From: an uncultured SAR86 cluster bacterium
Lineage (GTDB): Bacteria; Pseudomonadota; Gammaproteobacteria; Magnimaribacterales; AG-339-G14
DNA: 64,000 bases
Assembly: GCA_902627595.1 (NCBI GenBank)
Contig: CACOJO010000001.1
Span: forward strand, 117,590-181,589
Direction: 5' to 3'
Shown here: one piece after another, positions 55,772 to 64,000 of the stretch
How positions within the stretch are numbered: position 1 is the first letter of the stretch
Layout of the letters: each line of letters starts with the position of its first letter
Notes under the pieces: model-generated
Told to the model about the DNA's origin: nothing
Database searches by the model: none
Seen by the model: the letters and a program-made list of their open reading frames with translations, nothing else
Made by a program: the position numbers and the translations under genes

Positions 55772-57144
55772 TAAAAGTTAAGTTGCAGGTCATAATCTAT
55801 TTTAGACAAAATTTCTTTGAAATAATTTTTTATTTCCAACAAATCTTTTTCTGTATTACCTTCAAACCTTAAAACTAAATTTGGAGATGTATTTGAAGCT
55901 CTAACAAGACCCCAAGAATTTTTACTTTCCAGTCTAATTCCATCGATATCAATTAGCTTGTAATTATTATCTTTAATTAAGGGTTTAAGTTCATCAATAA
56001 TCTTAAATTTCTGTTGTTCCGTGACTTTTAGGTTTATTTCAGGTGTGGAGTAGCTGAATGGATAAGATTCAAAAATTTCACTAGAGGTTAATTTTTTTTT
56101 AGATAAAATTTCTATAAGTCTAAGAGCTGAATATATGGCATCATCAAAGCCATACCAATCATCATTAAAAAATATGTGGCCACTCATTTCTCCACCCAGA
56201 AGAGCATTAGTTTCTATAATTTTTGATTTTATATAGGAGTGACCAGTTCTAGAGAGCACAGGAGTTCCATTAAAGTCTCTTATTTTTTTTTCTAAAATTG
56301 TTGAGCACTTTACGTCATAAACAATATTTCCTTTAGAATTTTTCTTTAAAACATCTTCGGCTAAAAGAATCATGTACAAATCTGGGAAAACTATTTTTCC
56401 TTTGTTATCAACCAAGCCCACTCTGTCTCCATCACCATCAAGTGCAATTCCTAAATCTGAATTTGTTTCAAGAACTTTATTTTGAAGATCTTCCAAGTTT
56501 TTAGGATCGCTGGGGTCGGGATGATGATTTGGAAAATTACCATCAACTTTTGTATGCAACTCAATAAGATCTATTCCTGCGACTCTAAAGGCTTTAGGTG
56601 CAATAACTCCTCCAACTCCATTGCCACAATCCAAACAAACTTTTATCTTCGAGCCTATGTTAATTTTATTTTTTATTTTTCTTAAATAATCCTCTTTAAC
56701 ATCAAAGGAAGAAATATTGCCCGCACCGTTTAGATAATTTTCTTCTTCTATAATTAGTTTTATTTTTTTGATTTCTTCACTTGTCATTGATTTTTTATCT
56801 ATGACAATTTTTAAACCATTATAATTTTTTGGATTGTGACTGCCGGTGAGTATGACTCCATCGGATACATTTGTTTCAAAAGTAGAAAAATAAAGAAGCG
56901 GTGTGGGCACTTCTCCAATATCTATTACATCACATCCTGAAGACATGACTCCTTTTTGAAACTGCTTTAAAAGCCTAGGCCCAGAAATTCTTCCATCTCT
57001 TGCAGTAACTAATGAATTTCTACCTTCAGAAAGGAGATAAGAACCTAAAGCTTTACCAATATAGAATATACCTTCTTCAGTAAGCTCTTCGTCAACTATT
57101 CCTCGAATATCATATGCTCGGAAAATTTGAGAATTAACTTTCAT
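55771..57144 (-). CDS. algC: Phosphomannomutase/phosphoglucomutase
   Basis: FRAYDIRG, TGSHNP, DGDGDR, GEMSGH, RASNT. Confidence 0.94.
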   Translation of the reverse strand: MKVNSQIFRAYDIRGIVDEELTEEGIFYIGKALGSYLLSEGRNSLVTARDGRISGPRLLKQFQKGVMSSGCDVIDIGEVPTPLLYFSTFETNVSDGVILTGSHNPKNYNGLKIVIDKKSMTSEEIKKIKLIIEEENYLNGAGNISSFDVKEDYLRKIKNKINIGSKIKVCLDCGNGVGGVIAPKAFRVAGIDLIELHTKVDGNFPNHHPDPSDPKNLEDLQNKVLETNSDLGIALDGDGDRVGLVDNKGKIVFPDLYMILLAEDVLKKNSKGNIVYDVKCSTILEKKIRDFNGTPVLSRTGHSYIKSKIIETNALLGGEMSGHIFFNDDWYGFDDAIYSALRLIEILSKKKLTSSEIFESYPFSYSTPEINLKVTEQQKFKIIDELKPLIKDNNYKLIDIDGIRLESKNSWGLVRASNTSPNLVLRFEGNTEKDLLEIKNYFKEILSKIDYDLQLNF

Positions 57145-57181
57145 ATTAGCTGATCCACTTTATAATGAATTTTTTTTAATT

Positions 57182-58105
57182 ATGACAAGTTTGGCGGAAA
57201 AAAAAGGTTTTATTTGGTTTGATGGGAAGATTGTAAATTCTGAAAAAGCCAATGTACATGTGTTAACACATACTTTGCATTATGGGCTTGGTGTATTTGA
57301 GGGAGTAAGAGCTTATGAAACACCAGAGGGTACAAAAATATTTCGATTGAATGATCACACTGAGAGACTATTTTCTTCAGCTAAGGCTGTTGATTTGGAA
57401 ATCCCTTTTTCTAAAGAAGAAATTAATCGAGCTCAAATAGAGATTGTGAAATTAAATGAGTTAAACGAAGCTTACATAAGACCAATGTGTTTTTATGGTT
57501 CAGGTAGCTTAGGTCTTAGAGCAGATAATCTTAAAGTCCATACGATAGTGGCTGCATGGGAGTGGCCTAGTTACATGGCTCCTGAAGTTTTTGAAAGAGG
57601 AATAAAAGTAAAGATATCCTCTTATAAAAGAGAGCGTGGAAATTTAGTTTCAAGATCTAAAGTAAATGGAAATTACGTTAAATCTATGATGGCTTTAAAA
57701 GAAGCACTCAGAGAAGGATATGATGAAGCTTTGTTGCTCGATAGCGAAAATTTCATCTCAGAGGGCTCAGGTGAAAATCTTTTTGCAATAAAAAATAAGG
57801 AACTTTTTACACCAAATTTAGAAGCCTCACTAGATGGCATAACAAGAAAGGCAATAATATCTCTCGCAGAAGAAATAGGTATTAAAGTGAATATTACTGA
57901 TTTGACAGTAAATGATATTTCTTCTGCAGAGGAACTTTTTTTTACTGGAACTGCTGCTGAAGTTGTTCCAATCACACAAGTAAATGATCAAATAATCGGT
58001 TCAGGAAAGAGAGGCAAGGTTACCGAAATCCTCCAAAAAAACTATTTTGATCAAGTAAGAGGAAAAAGATCTTCTTTTCCAGAATGGCATACACTTGTTA
58101 GTTAA
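57182..58105 (+). CDS. ilvE: Branched-chain amino acid aminotransferase
   Basis: THTLHYGLGVFEGVRAY, SEGSGENLF, LDGITR, FTGTAAEV. Confidence 0.95.
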   Translation: MTSLAEKKGFIWFDGKIVNSEKANVHVLTHTLHYGLGVFEGVRAYETPEGTKIFRLNDHTERLFSSAKAVDLEIPFSKEEINRAQIEIVKLNELNEAYIRPMCFYGSGSLGLRADNLKVHTIVAAWEWPSYMAPEVFERGIKVKISSYKRERGNLVSRSKVNGNYVKSMMALKEALREGYDEALLLDSENFISEGSGENLFAIKNKELFTPNLEASLDGITRKAIISLAEEIGIKVNITDLTVNDISSAEELFFTGTAAEVVPITQVNDQIIGSGKRGKVTEILQKNYFDQVRGKRSSFPEWHTLVS

Positions 58106-58114
58106 AGGATAAAC

Positions 58115-59362
58115 TTGAAAAAACTTAAGATTGCTTTTCTAAGCTATAGAAGCAAGCCGTTTTCGGGGGGTCAGGGTATTTATGTAAAATATTTATCCAA
58201 GGCTCTAAATGATTTGGGGCATGATGTAGATGTCTTTTCAGGACCTCCTTATCCTGATTTAGATCCTGAAATAAAGTTAATTAAAATTCCAAGTTTAGGT
58301 TTGTACGAAAAAAAAAGTAAGTTTTATGATGTAAACCTATCTCAATTGCTAAACCCAATAAATTTATTTGAATGGATAAGTGTAAATTCTGGCGGTTTTC
58401 CAGAACCTTATACTTTTGGTAAAAGAATTAAAAAAATTCTAAAACAAAATTTAAATGCTTATGACGTGATTCACGACAATCAAAGCCTTTCATACGAGTT
58501 GCTCTTTTTTCAGAAACAAAAACCATTAGTTACTACAATTCATCATCCAATTTCTAAAGATCTTACTTATCAACTTCAAAGTACAGATGATTTCTTCTTA
58601 AAGTTGTTAATGAGAAGATGGCATTCTTTTCTGGTAATGCAGAAGTTTGTAGCAAAAAGACTCAATAAAATTGTGGTTCCATCATGGTCTTCAATAGAAG
58701 ATATTTCTAATGAATTCAAGGTTGATAAAGGCAAAATGGAAAGGGTTATGAACGGTATAGATCTAAACATTTTTTATCCAGATCCTAAAATAAAAAAAGT
58801 ACCATACAGACTTGTTACTGTTGCAAGCGCAGATGTTCCTCTCAAAGGATTAGATTATCTTCTAGAAGCTCTGTCTGATTTAGCCAAAGTTTATCCTGAT
58901 ATTTCATTATCGATCATAGGCGAGCAAAAGAAAGGAGGGCATACCGAAAGACTCATAAAAAAACTTTGCCTTGAAGATCGAGTGAGCTTTTTTTCAAATA
59001 TAACGCGGAAAGAATTAAGAAAAACATATTGTGAAGCCGAAATAGCAATAATACCTTCCTTGTATGAAGGTTTTGGATTTGCTGCAATTGAAGCAATGGC
59101 TTGCGGAGTGCCTTTGATTTCAACATCTGGCGGAGCTTTACCTGAGGTTATCAAAGATGTAGGAATTATAATTCCACCAAAAAATTCTAAAGAAATTTAT
59201 AATTCAATAGATCTGCTTTTGTCTTCTTCGGGGCTAGCTAGCCAATTGGCCTTAAAAGCATCTGAGAGAGTTAAATCAAAATTTTCTTGGAAAGTAATTG
59301 CAAAAAAATTGGAAAAGGTCTATTTGAATGAAATAGAAATTTATAAGAATGCAAACAATTGA
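58115..59362 (+). CDS. GT4 glycosyltransferase, ManT-like (putative alpha-1,4-mannosyltransferase)
   Basis: LSYRSKPFSGGQGIYV, SGPPYP, GGFPEPYTF, HDNQSL, TIHHPI, ASADVPLKG, PSLYEGF...EAMACG, GGALPEV: matches the actinobacterial family clustered with MeT1 (from memory). Confidence 0.8.
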   Translation: MKKLKIAFLSYRSKPFSGGQGIYVKYLSKALNDLGHDVDVFSGPPYPDLDPEIKLIKIPSLGLYEKKSKFYDVNLSQLLNPINLFEWISVNSGGFPEPYTFGKRIKKILKQNLNAYDVIHDNQSLSYELLFFQKQKPLVTTIHHPISKDLTYQLQSTDDFFLKLLMRRWHSFLVMQKFVAKRLNKIVVPSWSSIEDISNEFKVDKGKMERVMNGIDLNIFYPDPKIKKVPYRLVTVASADVPLKGLDYLLEALSDLAKVYPDISLSIIGEQKKGGHTERLIKKLCLEDRVSFFSNITRKELRKTYCEAEIAIIPSLYEGFGFAAIEAMACGVPLISTSGGALPEVIKDVGIIIPPKNSKEIYNSIDLLLSSSGLASQLALKASERVKSKFSWKVIAKKLEKVYLNEIEIYKNANN

Positions 59363-60053
59363 CATTAAATATATAAATCCAAAAAAAGGATCTAAAGTTC
59401 TAGATCTTGGGTGCGGCGAAGGCAGACATTGTTTTGGGGCTTACATGCATCAGGATTTGGATGTTTTTGGCTTTGATATGAGCCTAGATGACGTATCTAA
59501 GGCCAAAATGAATTTCAAAGAATTCGATGAGTCATCAACAAATAAAAGTTGTTCATTTGGCGTTACTGATGGAAGAAAGCTCCCCTTCAAAAATAATTCT
59601 TTTGACTATGTTATCTGCTCAGAAGTTTTAGAACATATTATTGAATTTGAAGAAGTTATTGAAGAAATCAATAGGATATTAAAGCCTGGGGGAATTTTTG
59701 CTGCTAGTGTCCCTAAATTTTTTCCTGAATGGATTTGTTGGAAATTAAGCAAAGCATACCAAGAGATGCCGGGCGGACATGTCAGAATTTTTAAGTATCA
59801 CAAATTTAAGAAGGCAATTGAACAAAGAGGTTTTATTTTTAAAAAAAGACATTGGAATCATGCTTTGCATTCTCCTTATTGGTGGTTGCAATGCTTATTT
59901 TGGGATACTAAAGAAGACTCCTGGATTATAAGAAAATATCATGACTTTTTAGTTTGGGATATGATGAAGAAACCTTTGTTGACAAAGGTGTTAGAATTTC
60001 TTCTTCAACCAGTTATCGCCAAAAGTGTCGTTGCATATTTCAAAAAAAAATAG
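59349..60053 (+). CDS. Class I SAM-dependent methyltransferase (putative sugar 3-O-methyltransferase)
   Basis: LDLGCGEGRH, SEVLEH, ICWKLSKAY...GGHVRI, HALHSPYWWL, LVWDMM; overlaps both neighbours. Confidence 0.8.
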   Translation: MQTIDIKYINPKKGSKVLDLGCGEGRHCFGAYMHQDLDVFGFDMSLDDVSKAKMNFKEFDESSTNKSCSFGVTDGRKLPFKNNSFDYVICSEVLEHIIEFEEVIEEINRILKPGGIFAASVPKFFPEWICWKLSKAYQEMPGGHVRIFKYHKFKKAIEQRGFIFKKRHWNHALHSPYWWLQCLFWDTKEDSWIIRKYHDFLVWDMMKKPLLTKVLEFLLQPVIAKSVVAYFKKK

Positions 60054-61050
60054 AACCAAAAGTATTTTCGATAAACAGATTTATCTGAACTTTGCTAAAT
60101 ATATTCTGTCTTGTCAGGACTCAGATGGGGGAATTAGATGGGAGCCTGACTCAAAACTTGATCCATGGGATCACATTGAAGCTGCTATGGGCTTGGATGT
60201 TTTAGGCTTTGAAAAAGAGTCAAAAAAAGCATATGAATGGTTAAAACTCCATCAAGAAAATGACGGATCCTGGTTTTCTTCATATCATTCACAAGAAAAA
60301 AATCTTCTAAAAGAAACCAACTTTTCTTCCTATATTGCAGTTGGAATGTGGCATCATTATTTGAATTTTTCAGATATAAATTTTCTAGAAAATTTTTGGC
60401 CAGTTTTAGACTTGGCGATTGAGTTCACTCTATCCGCTCAAACTGAACATGGAGATTTTTTTTGGGCTAAAGAAAAAAATAGTTGGCTGGATGACTCATT
60501 AAAAACTGGGTGTTCGTCAATTTATATGAGTCTGTTTTTTTATAAGAAAATTGCCAAAGAACTTAATCTTCAGGATAGAGTTTCAGAGTATCAAATTAAA
60601 AATTTAAGAGAGTGTTTGTTAAGTAACCCGAATAGATTTGATAGAAATTGGGAAAGTAAATCAAGATACAGTATGGATTGGTACTATCCAATATTGACTG
60701 GAGTTTTAAACAAACCTGAATCTATCGAAATACTTAGACGTAAATGGGATAAATTTGTTGTGGAAGGATTAGGCTGTAAGTGCGTTGAAGAAGAGCCTTG
60801 GGTAACTGCTGCAGAGTCATCTGAATTAGCAATTGCGTTATCTAGACTTGGTTTAAAGAAAGAAGCGGAAGAAGTCTTGCAAAATACTTTTAACTTAATT
60901 GACGAGGACGGCCTATTGTGGACTGGTTACGTTTTTAAAGACAAAAAATTTTGGCCAATAGAAAAACCAAGCTGGACGATGGGAGCTGCGATACTAGCAG
61001 GTAATTCTATAAACAAATTCAGCCCATCTCATAATTTTTTTAATTTTTAA
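60025..61050 (+). CDS. (alpha/alpha)6-barrel protein, putative glycoside hydrolase (MmpH-like; commonly auto-annotated as prenyltransferase)
   Basis: QDSDGGIRW, DPWDHIEAAMGL, QENDGSW, ETNFSSYIAVGMWHHYL, RYSMDWYYPIL, PWVTAAESSE, WTGY, WPIE. Confidence 0.7.
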   Translation: MSLHISKKNRTKSIFDKQIYLNFAKYILSCQDSDGGIRWEPDSKLDPWDHIEAAMGLDVLGFEKESKKAYEWLKLHQENDGSWFSSYHSQEKNLLKETNFSSYIAVGMWHHYLNFSDINFLENFWPVLDLAIEFTLSAQTEHGDFFWAKEKNSWLDDSLKTGCSSIYMSLFFYKKIAKELNLQDRVSEYQIKNLRECLLSNPNRFDRNWESKSRYSMDWYYPILTGVLNKPESIEILRRKWDKFVVEGLGCKCVEEEPWVTAAESSELAIALSRLGLKKEAEEVLQNTFNLIDEDGLLWTGYVFKDKKFWPIEKPSWTMGAAILAGNSINKFSPSHNFFNF

Positions 61051-61639
61051 TTTTTTTTAGAATTCCCAAGCTTTCGTATATTCCTAAATCTTCAAATTCG
61101 TCTGAATTTTTTGCTAGAGAATATATTTCAAATGGGGGTCGACCTCCGTCTTTAGGATCAGGAAAAACATCATGGATGACAAGCAAACCATCTCTTTTTA
61201 TTTTATTTTTCCATGAATTGTAATCCTTTAAAGCCGCATCTAAAGTATGTCCGCCATCTATAAATAACAAGCCTATCTTTTCCGAAAATGTTTTAGAGGC
61301 ATTATGAGAATTATCAATTATGGGAATCACGAACTTTCCAACTTTAGAGGATAATAGATTTTCTATAAGTTCGGGAAGGGTGTTGAATTTTTTAATTCTT
61401 AAGTCAAACAAATCTTCATCATGATATTCCTCTCCGAGCTGATGTTCTTCTGATCCTGTATGGTGATCTATTGTATAAACCAAACCATTTACTTTTTCTG
61501 CTACAGAGGCAAAATTTAACGCTGACTTGCCGCAGTAAGTTCCAATTTCTAAAACAGATCCTAAGTGGTGGACATTTAGAAATAATTCTTGTAATTTTTC
61601 AGCTTCTTTCTTACTGAGAAAGCCTTTTATATCTTTCAC
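61040..61639 (-). CDS. meT1: MeT1-like 1-O-methyltransferase (Methyltransf_24)
   Basis: EIGTYCGKS, TIDHHTGSEEHQLGEEYHD, FIDGGHT, VIHDVFPDPKDGG: near-identical to motifs I recall for mycobacterial MeT1. Confidence 0.8.
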   Translation of the reverse strand: MKDIKGFLSKKEAEKLQELFLNVHHLGSVLEIGTYCGKSALNFASVAEKVNGLVYTIDHHTGSEEHQLGEEYHDEDLFDLRIKKFNTLPELIENLLSSKVGKFVIPIIDNSHNASKTFSEKIGLLFIDGGHTLDAALKDYNSWKNKIKRDGLLVIHDVFPDPKDGGRPPFEIYSLAKNSDEFEDLGIYESLGILKKIKN

Positions 61640-61654
61640 TAAATTAGTTTATCA

Positions 61655-62569
61655 ATGCAATTAATAAAAAGAAAAGAAGTTAACATTTCAAAAGATACGT
61701 TCTCTTATCTTCATCTTGAGAATGAAATCAAAGGTAAAAATATCTTTTTCTTTCATGCAACTGGTTTTAATGCGGAAACCTATTCTCCTTTTTTTCTTAA
61801 ATTAGATGAATTATTAGCTCACGAATACTCAATATATGCTCTTGACCAAAGGGGCCATGGATTGTCTAGAGCTTCTGCTATTCCTTCTGATTTAACATCC
61901 TGGAGAACGTATTTCTCAGATGCAAAAGAATTTGTAGATAGGTTTAAAACTTCAGAAAATATTGTGATGGGACATTCTATGGGAGCTGTAGTGGCATCAA
62001 AAATATCTTTTGATTTTGAAAATAGTATAAAAAAAAGTATTTTAATCGATCCTGTTCTTCAACCTCAGAGCCTCAGTTTTCAGCTTCCTTTTTTTAATAT
62101 TTCCAATAAATTATTTATAAGGTTAATGAGTTATTTAAAAAAAAATCGAGCTACAGAAATGATCAATAATGCGAAAAAAAGACGCTCTATATTCACTGAT
62201 AAGGATGATATTTTTAATCATTACACTGGAAGAGGCGCATTTAAAAATTGGCCAGAAGATTTTTTAAGGGCTTATATTAATGGAGGTACAAAAGTAATAA
62301 ATAACCAAACTAATTTAAGTTGTGTTCCAGAGTGGGAGGCAAAAACTTTCGCAGTTTCTTATGTAGCGAGAACTAAATTTATTTCAAAAATAAAAAAATC
62401 AACTTATGTACCTTACGCTTCAGAGGGATCTACTTTTTCATTAGATGTGAGAGAGCGGCTTAAAAGAAATCCTAATTATATTTTTGAGGAAATAAATGGA
62501 AGTCACTTTTTTCCAATGGAAAAAAAAGATTTAATATGTGAAAAGATTTCAACTTTCATAAGTTCATAA
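61655..62569 (+). CDS. Alpha/beta hydrolase (serine esterase/lipase-like)
   Basis: FHATGFN, ALDQRGHG, GHSMG nucleophile elbow, GSHFFPME catalytic His. Confidence 0.85.
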   Translation: MQLIKRKEVNISKDTFSYLHLENEIKGKNIFFFHATGFNAETYSPFFLKLDELLAHEYSIYALDQRGHGLSRASAIPSDLTSWRTYFSDAKEFVDRFKTSENIVMGHSMGAVVASKISFDFENSIKKSILIDPVLQPQSLSFQLPFFNISNKLFIRLMSYLKKNRATEMINNAKKRRSIFTDKDDIFNHYTGRGAFKNWPEDFLRAYINGGTKVINNQTNLSCVPEWEAKTFAVSYVARTKFISKIKKSTYVPYASEGSTFSLDVRERLKRNPNYIFEEINGSHFFPMEKKDLICEKISTFISS

Positions 62570-63366
62570 TGAACAAAAATATTACGATAGAAGATTTTAG
62601 AGTACATAAAAAAGCTAAAACAAAATTTGCTTGCTTAACAGCATACGATTCTTCTTTGACACGGCTAATGTCTGAGGCTGGAGTAGAACTTATCTTAGTA
62701 GGAGATAGCCTTGGCATGGTAGTCCAAGGCCATGACTCAACAATACCAGTTTCTATGGAAGATTTACTCTATCATTTAAGATGTGTAAAAAGAGGAAATT
62801 CAGGTAGTCATCTAATGGCTGACATGCCTTTTATGAGTTATGCAACGGAAAAACTTGCATATGATAATGCAATGCGACTCATGCAGGCTGGAGCTAATTC
62901 TATAAAGGTTGAAGGAGGGGAGTGGATCCTTAAAACAACAGAACTCTTATCTGAGCGAGGCATTCCGATTTGTGCTCACTTAGGCTTAACTCCGCAGTCA
63001 ATAAATAGACTTGGCGGGTATTATGTTCAAGGTAGAGATCTTGAAGACAAAAATAGAATTTTATCCGAAGCCAAACAGCTTGAAGATGCTGGAGCAGAAT
63101 TAATATTACTTGAATGTGTCCCAGCAATCTTAGCTGAAGAAATTTCTCAAACACTTAAAATTCCAACTATAGGTATTGGAGCAGGTTCATCTACAGATGG
63201 ACAAATAATGGTTTGTTACGATGCGATCGGGGCATATTCTTGGGAAAACCAACCTAAATTTGTAAAAAATTTTATGAATGATGCAAATTCAATTTCAGAT
63301 GCATTTAAAAAATACGTTTCTGAAGTTAAAAATCTAGAGTTTCCTTCAGTTGAAAATTCTTTCTAA
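62569..63366 (+). CDS. panB: 3-methyl-2-oxobutanoate hydroxymethyltransferase
   Basis: LTAYD, LVGDSLGM, ADMPF, KVEGG, HLGLTPQS, IGIGAG. Confidence 0.96.
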   Translation: MNKNITIEDFRVHKKAKTKFACLTAYDSSLTRLMSEAGVELILVGDSLGMVVQGHDSTIPVSMEDLLYHLRCVKRGNSGSHLMADMPFMSYATEKLAYDNAMRLMQAGANSIKVEGGEWILKTTELLSERGIPICAHLGLTPQSINRLGGYYVQGRDLEDKNRILSEAKQLEDAGAELILLECVPAILAEEISQTLKIPTIGIGAGSSTDGQIMVCYDAIGAYSWENQPKFVKNFMNDANSISDAFKKYVSEVKNLEFPSVENSF

Positions 63367-63373
63367 TTTTTAA

Positions 63374-64000
63374 ATGAAAGTTATAAATTCAAGCAAAGAA
63401 TTTGATTTGATTAGTTTTGATAGTCCTGTTGCTTTTGTTCCTACTATGGGCAATCTACACGAAGGCCATCTTACATTGGTTAGATATGCAAAGAAAAATT
63501 ATTCAGATGTCATTACATCAATCTTTATTAATCCTTTGCAATTTGGAAAAAATGAGGATTTTTCGAGTTATCCAAAAACATTAACTCATGATATAAAGCT
63601 TTTAGAAAATTTAGATTGCGATTATTTATTTTTACCAGAAGATAATTTTGCTGAAAACCTAATTAGTATCAAGCCAAAATTTGCTGATGTATTGTGTGGT
63701 ATTTCAAGACCAATTCATTTTCAAGGAGTATTAACAATAATCGATAAATTTATAAAAGTCATAAAGCCTGATGTGTGTTTATTTGGATTGAAAGATTATC
63801 AACAGCAATTGATCATTAAAGATTATGTAAATACAAAGAAAATTAGAACAAAAATTATTTCTCTACCAACCGTAAGAGAGAAATCCGGATTGGCAATGTC
63901 TTCTAGAAACAATTATCTATCTCCTTCAGAAAGGAAACATTGTGGAAAAATCTTTGCTTGTATTGAAAATCTTTCAAAAGATTTAAGAGAGTCCAAAACA
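63374..64000 (+). CDS. panC: Pantoate--beta-alanine ligase, partial (runs off the right edge); absent from the ORF track
   Basis: Hand translation: MKVINSS...AFVPTMGNLHEGHL...SIFINPLQFGKNEDFSSYP...FGLKDYQQ...REKSGLAMSSRN. Confidence 0.95.
   Translation, partial: MKVINSSKEFDLISFDSPVAFVPTMGNLHEGHLTLVRYAKKNYSDVITSIFINPLQFGKNEDFSSYPKTLTHDIKLLENLDCDYLFLPEDNFAENLISIKPKFADVLCGISRPIHFQGVLTIIDKFIKVIKPDVCLFGLKDYQQQLIIKDYVNTKKIRTKIISLPTVREKSGLAMSSRNNYLSPSERKHCGKIFACIENLSKDLRESKT

Noticed and set aside
60025-61050. Squalene-hopene cyclase or prenyltransferase, implying a terpene cluster
   Set aside because: About half the length of a cyclase, no DxDD motif, no isoprenoid genes nearby; the context is glycan-related.
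58115-61639. LPS/O-antigen or capsule locus
   Set aside because: No flippase, polymerase, ABC exporter or nucleotide-sugar epimerases, and none of the four proteins shows an obvious membrane segment or signal peptide.

Overview
AT-rich, very gene-dense chromosomal segment of a streamlined gammaproteobacterium. The 16S sequence, tRNA-less ITS, tiny intergenic spaces and gene content suggest a marine SAR86-like organism (inference). Most of the window is core housekeeping: pepP, zapA, 6S RNA, ilvA, rpiA, lnt, rpmBG, coaBC-dut, typA, priA, acs, dksA, thiDE, argC, tyrS, one 16S-23S-5S operon, gltBD, aroKB, mrcA, slmA-argB-algC, ilvE and panBC. I found no mobile elements, CRISPR arrays or tRNAs. 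The standout is a four-gene cluster at 58.1-61.6 kb (GT4 glycosyltransferase, SAM methyltransferase, (alpha/alpha)6-barrel protein, MeT1-like methyltransferase). It matches the composition of the mycobacterial methylmannose polysaccharide (MMP) cluster, a polymer I know of only from Actinobacteria. Other points of interest are a Fur-boxed divergent iron locus (DUF6607-like protein / DUF2470-SIP fusion), CobS-CobT without CobN beside an uncharacterised diiron protein and a type II pantothenate kinase, a GC-rich structured leader plus NtrC box upstream of gltB, and repeated leaderless-promoter geometry. All family assignments come from motif recognition and memory; no database searches were run.
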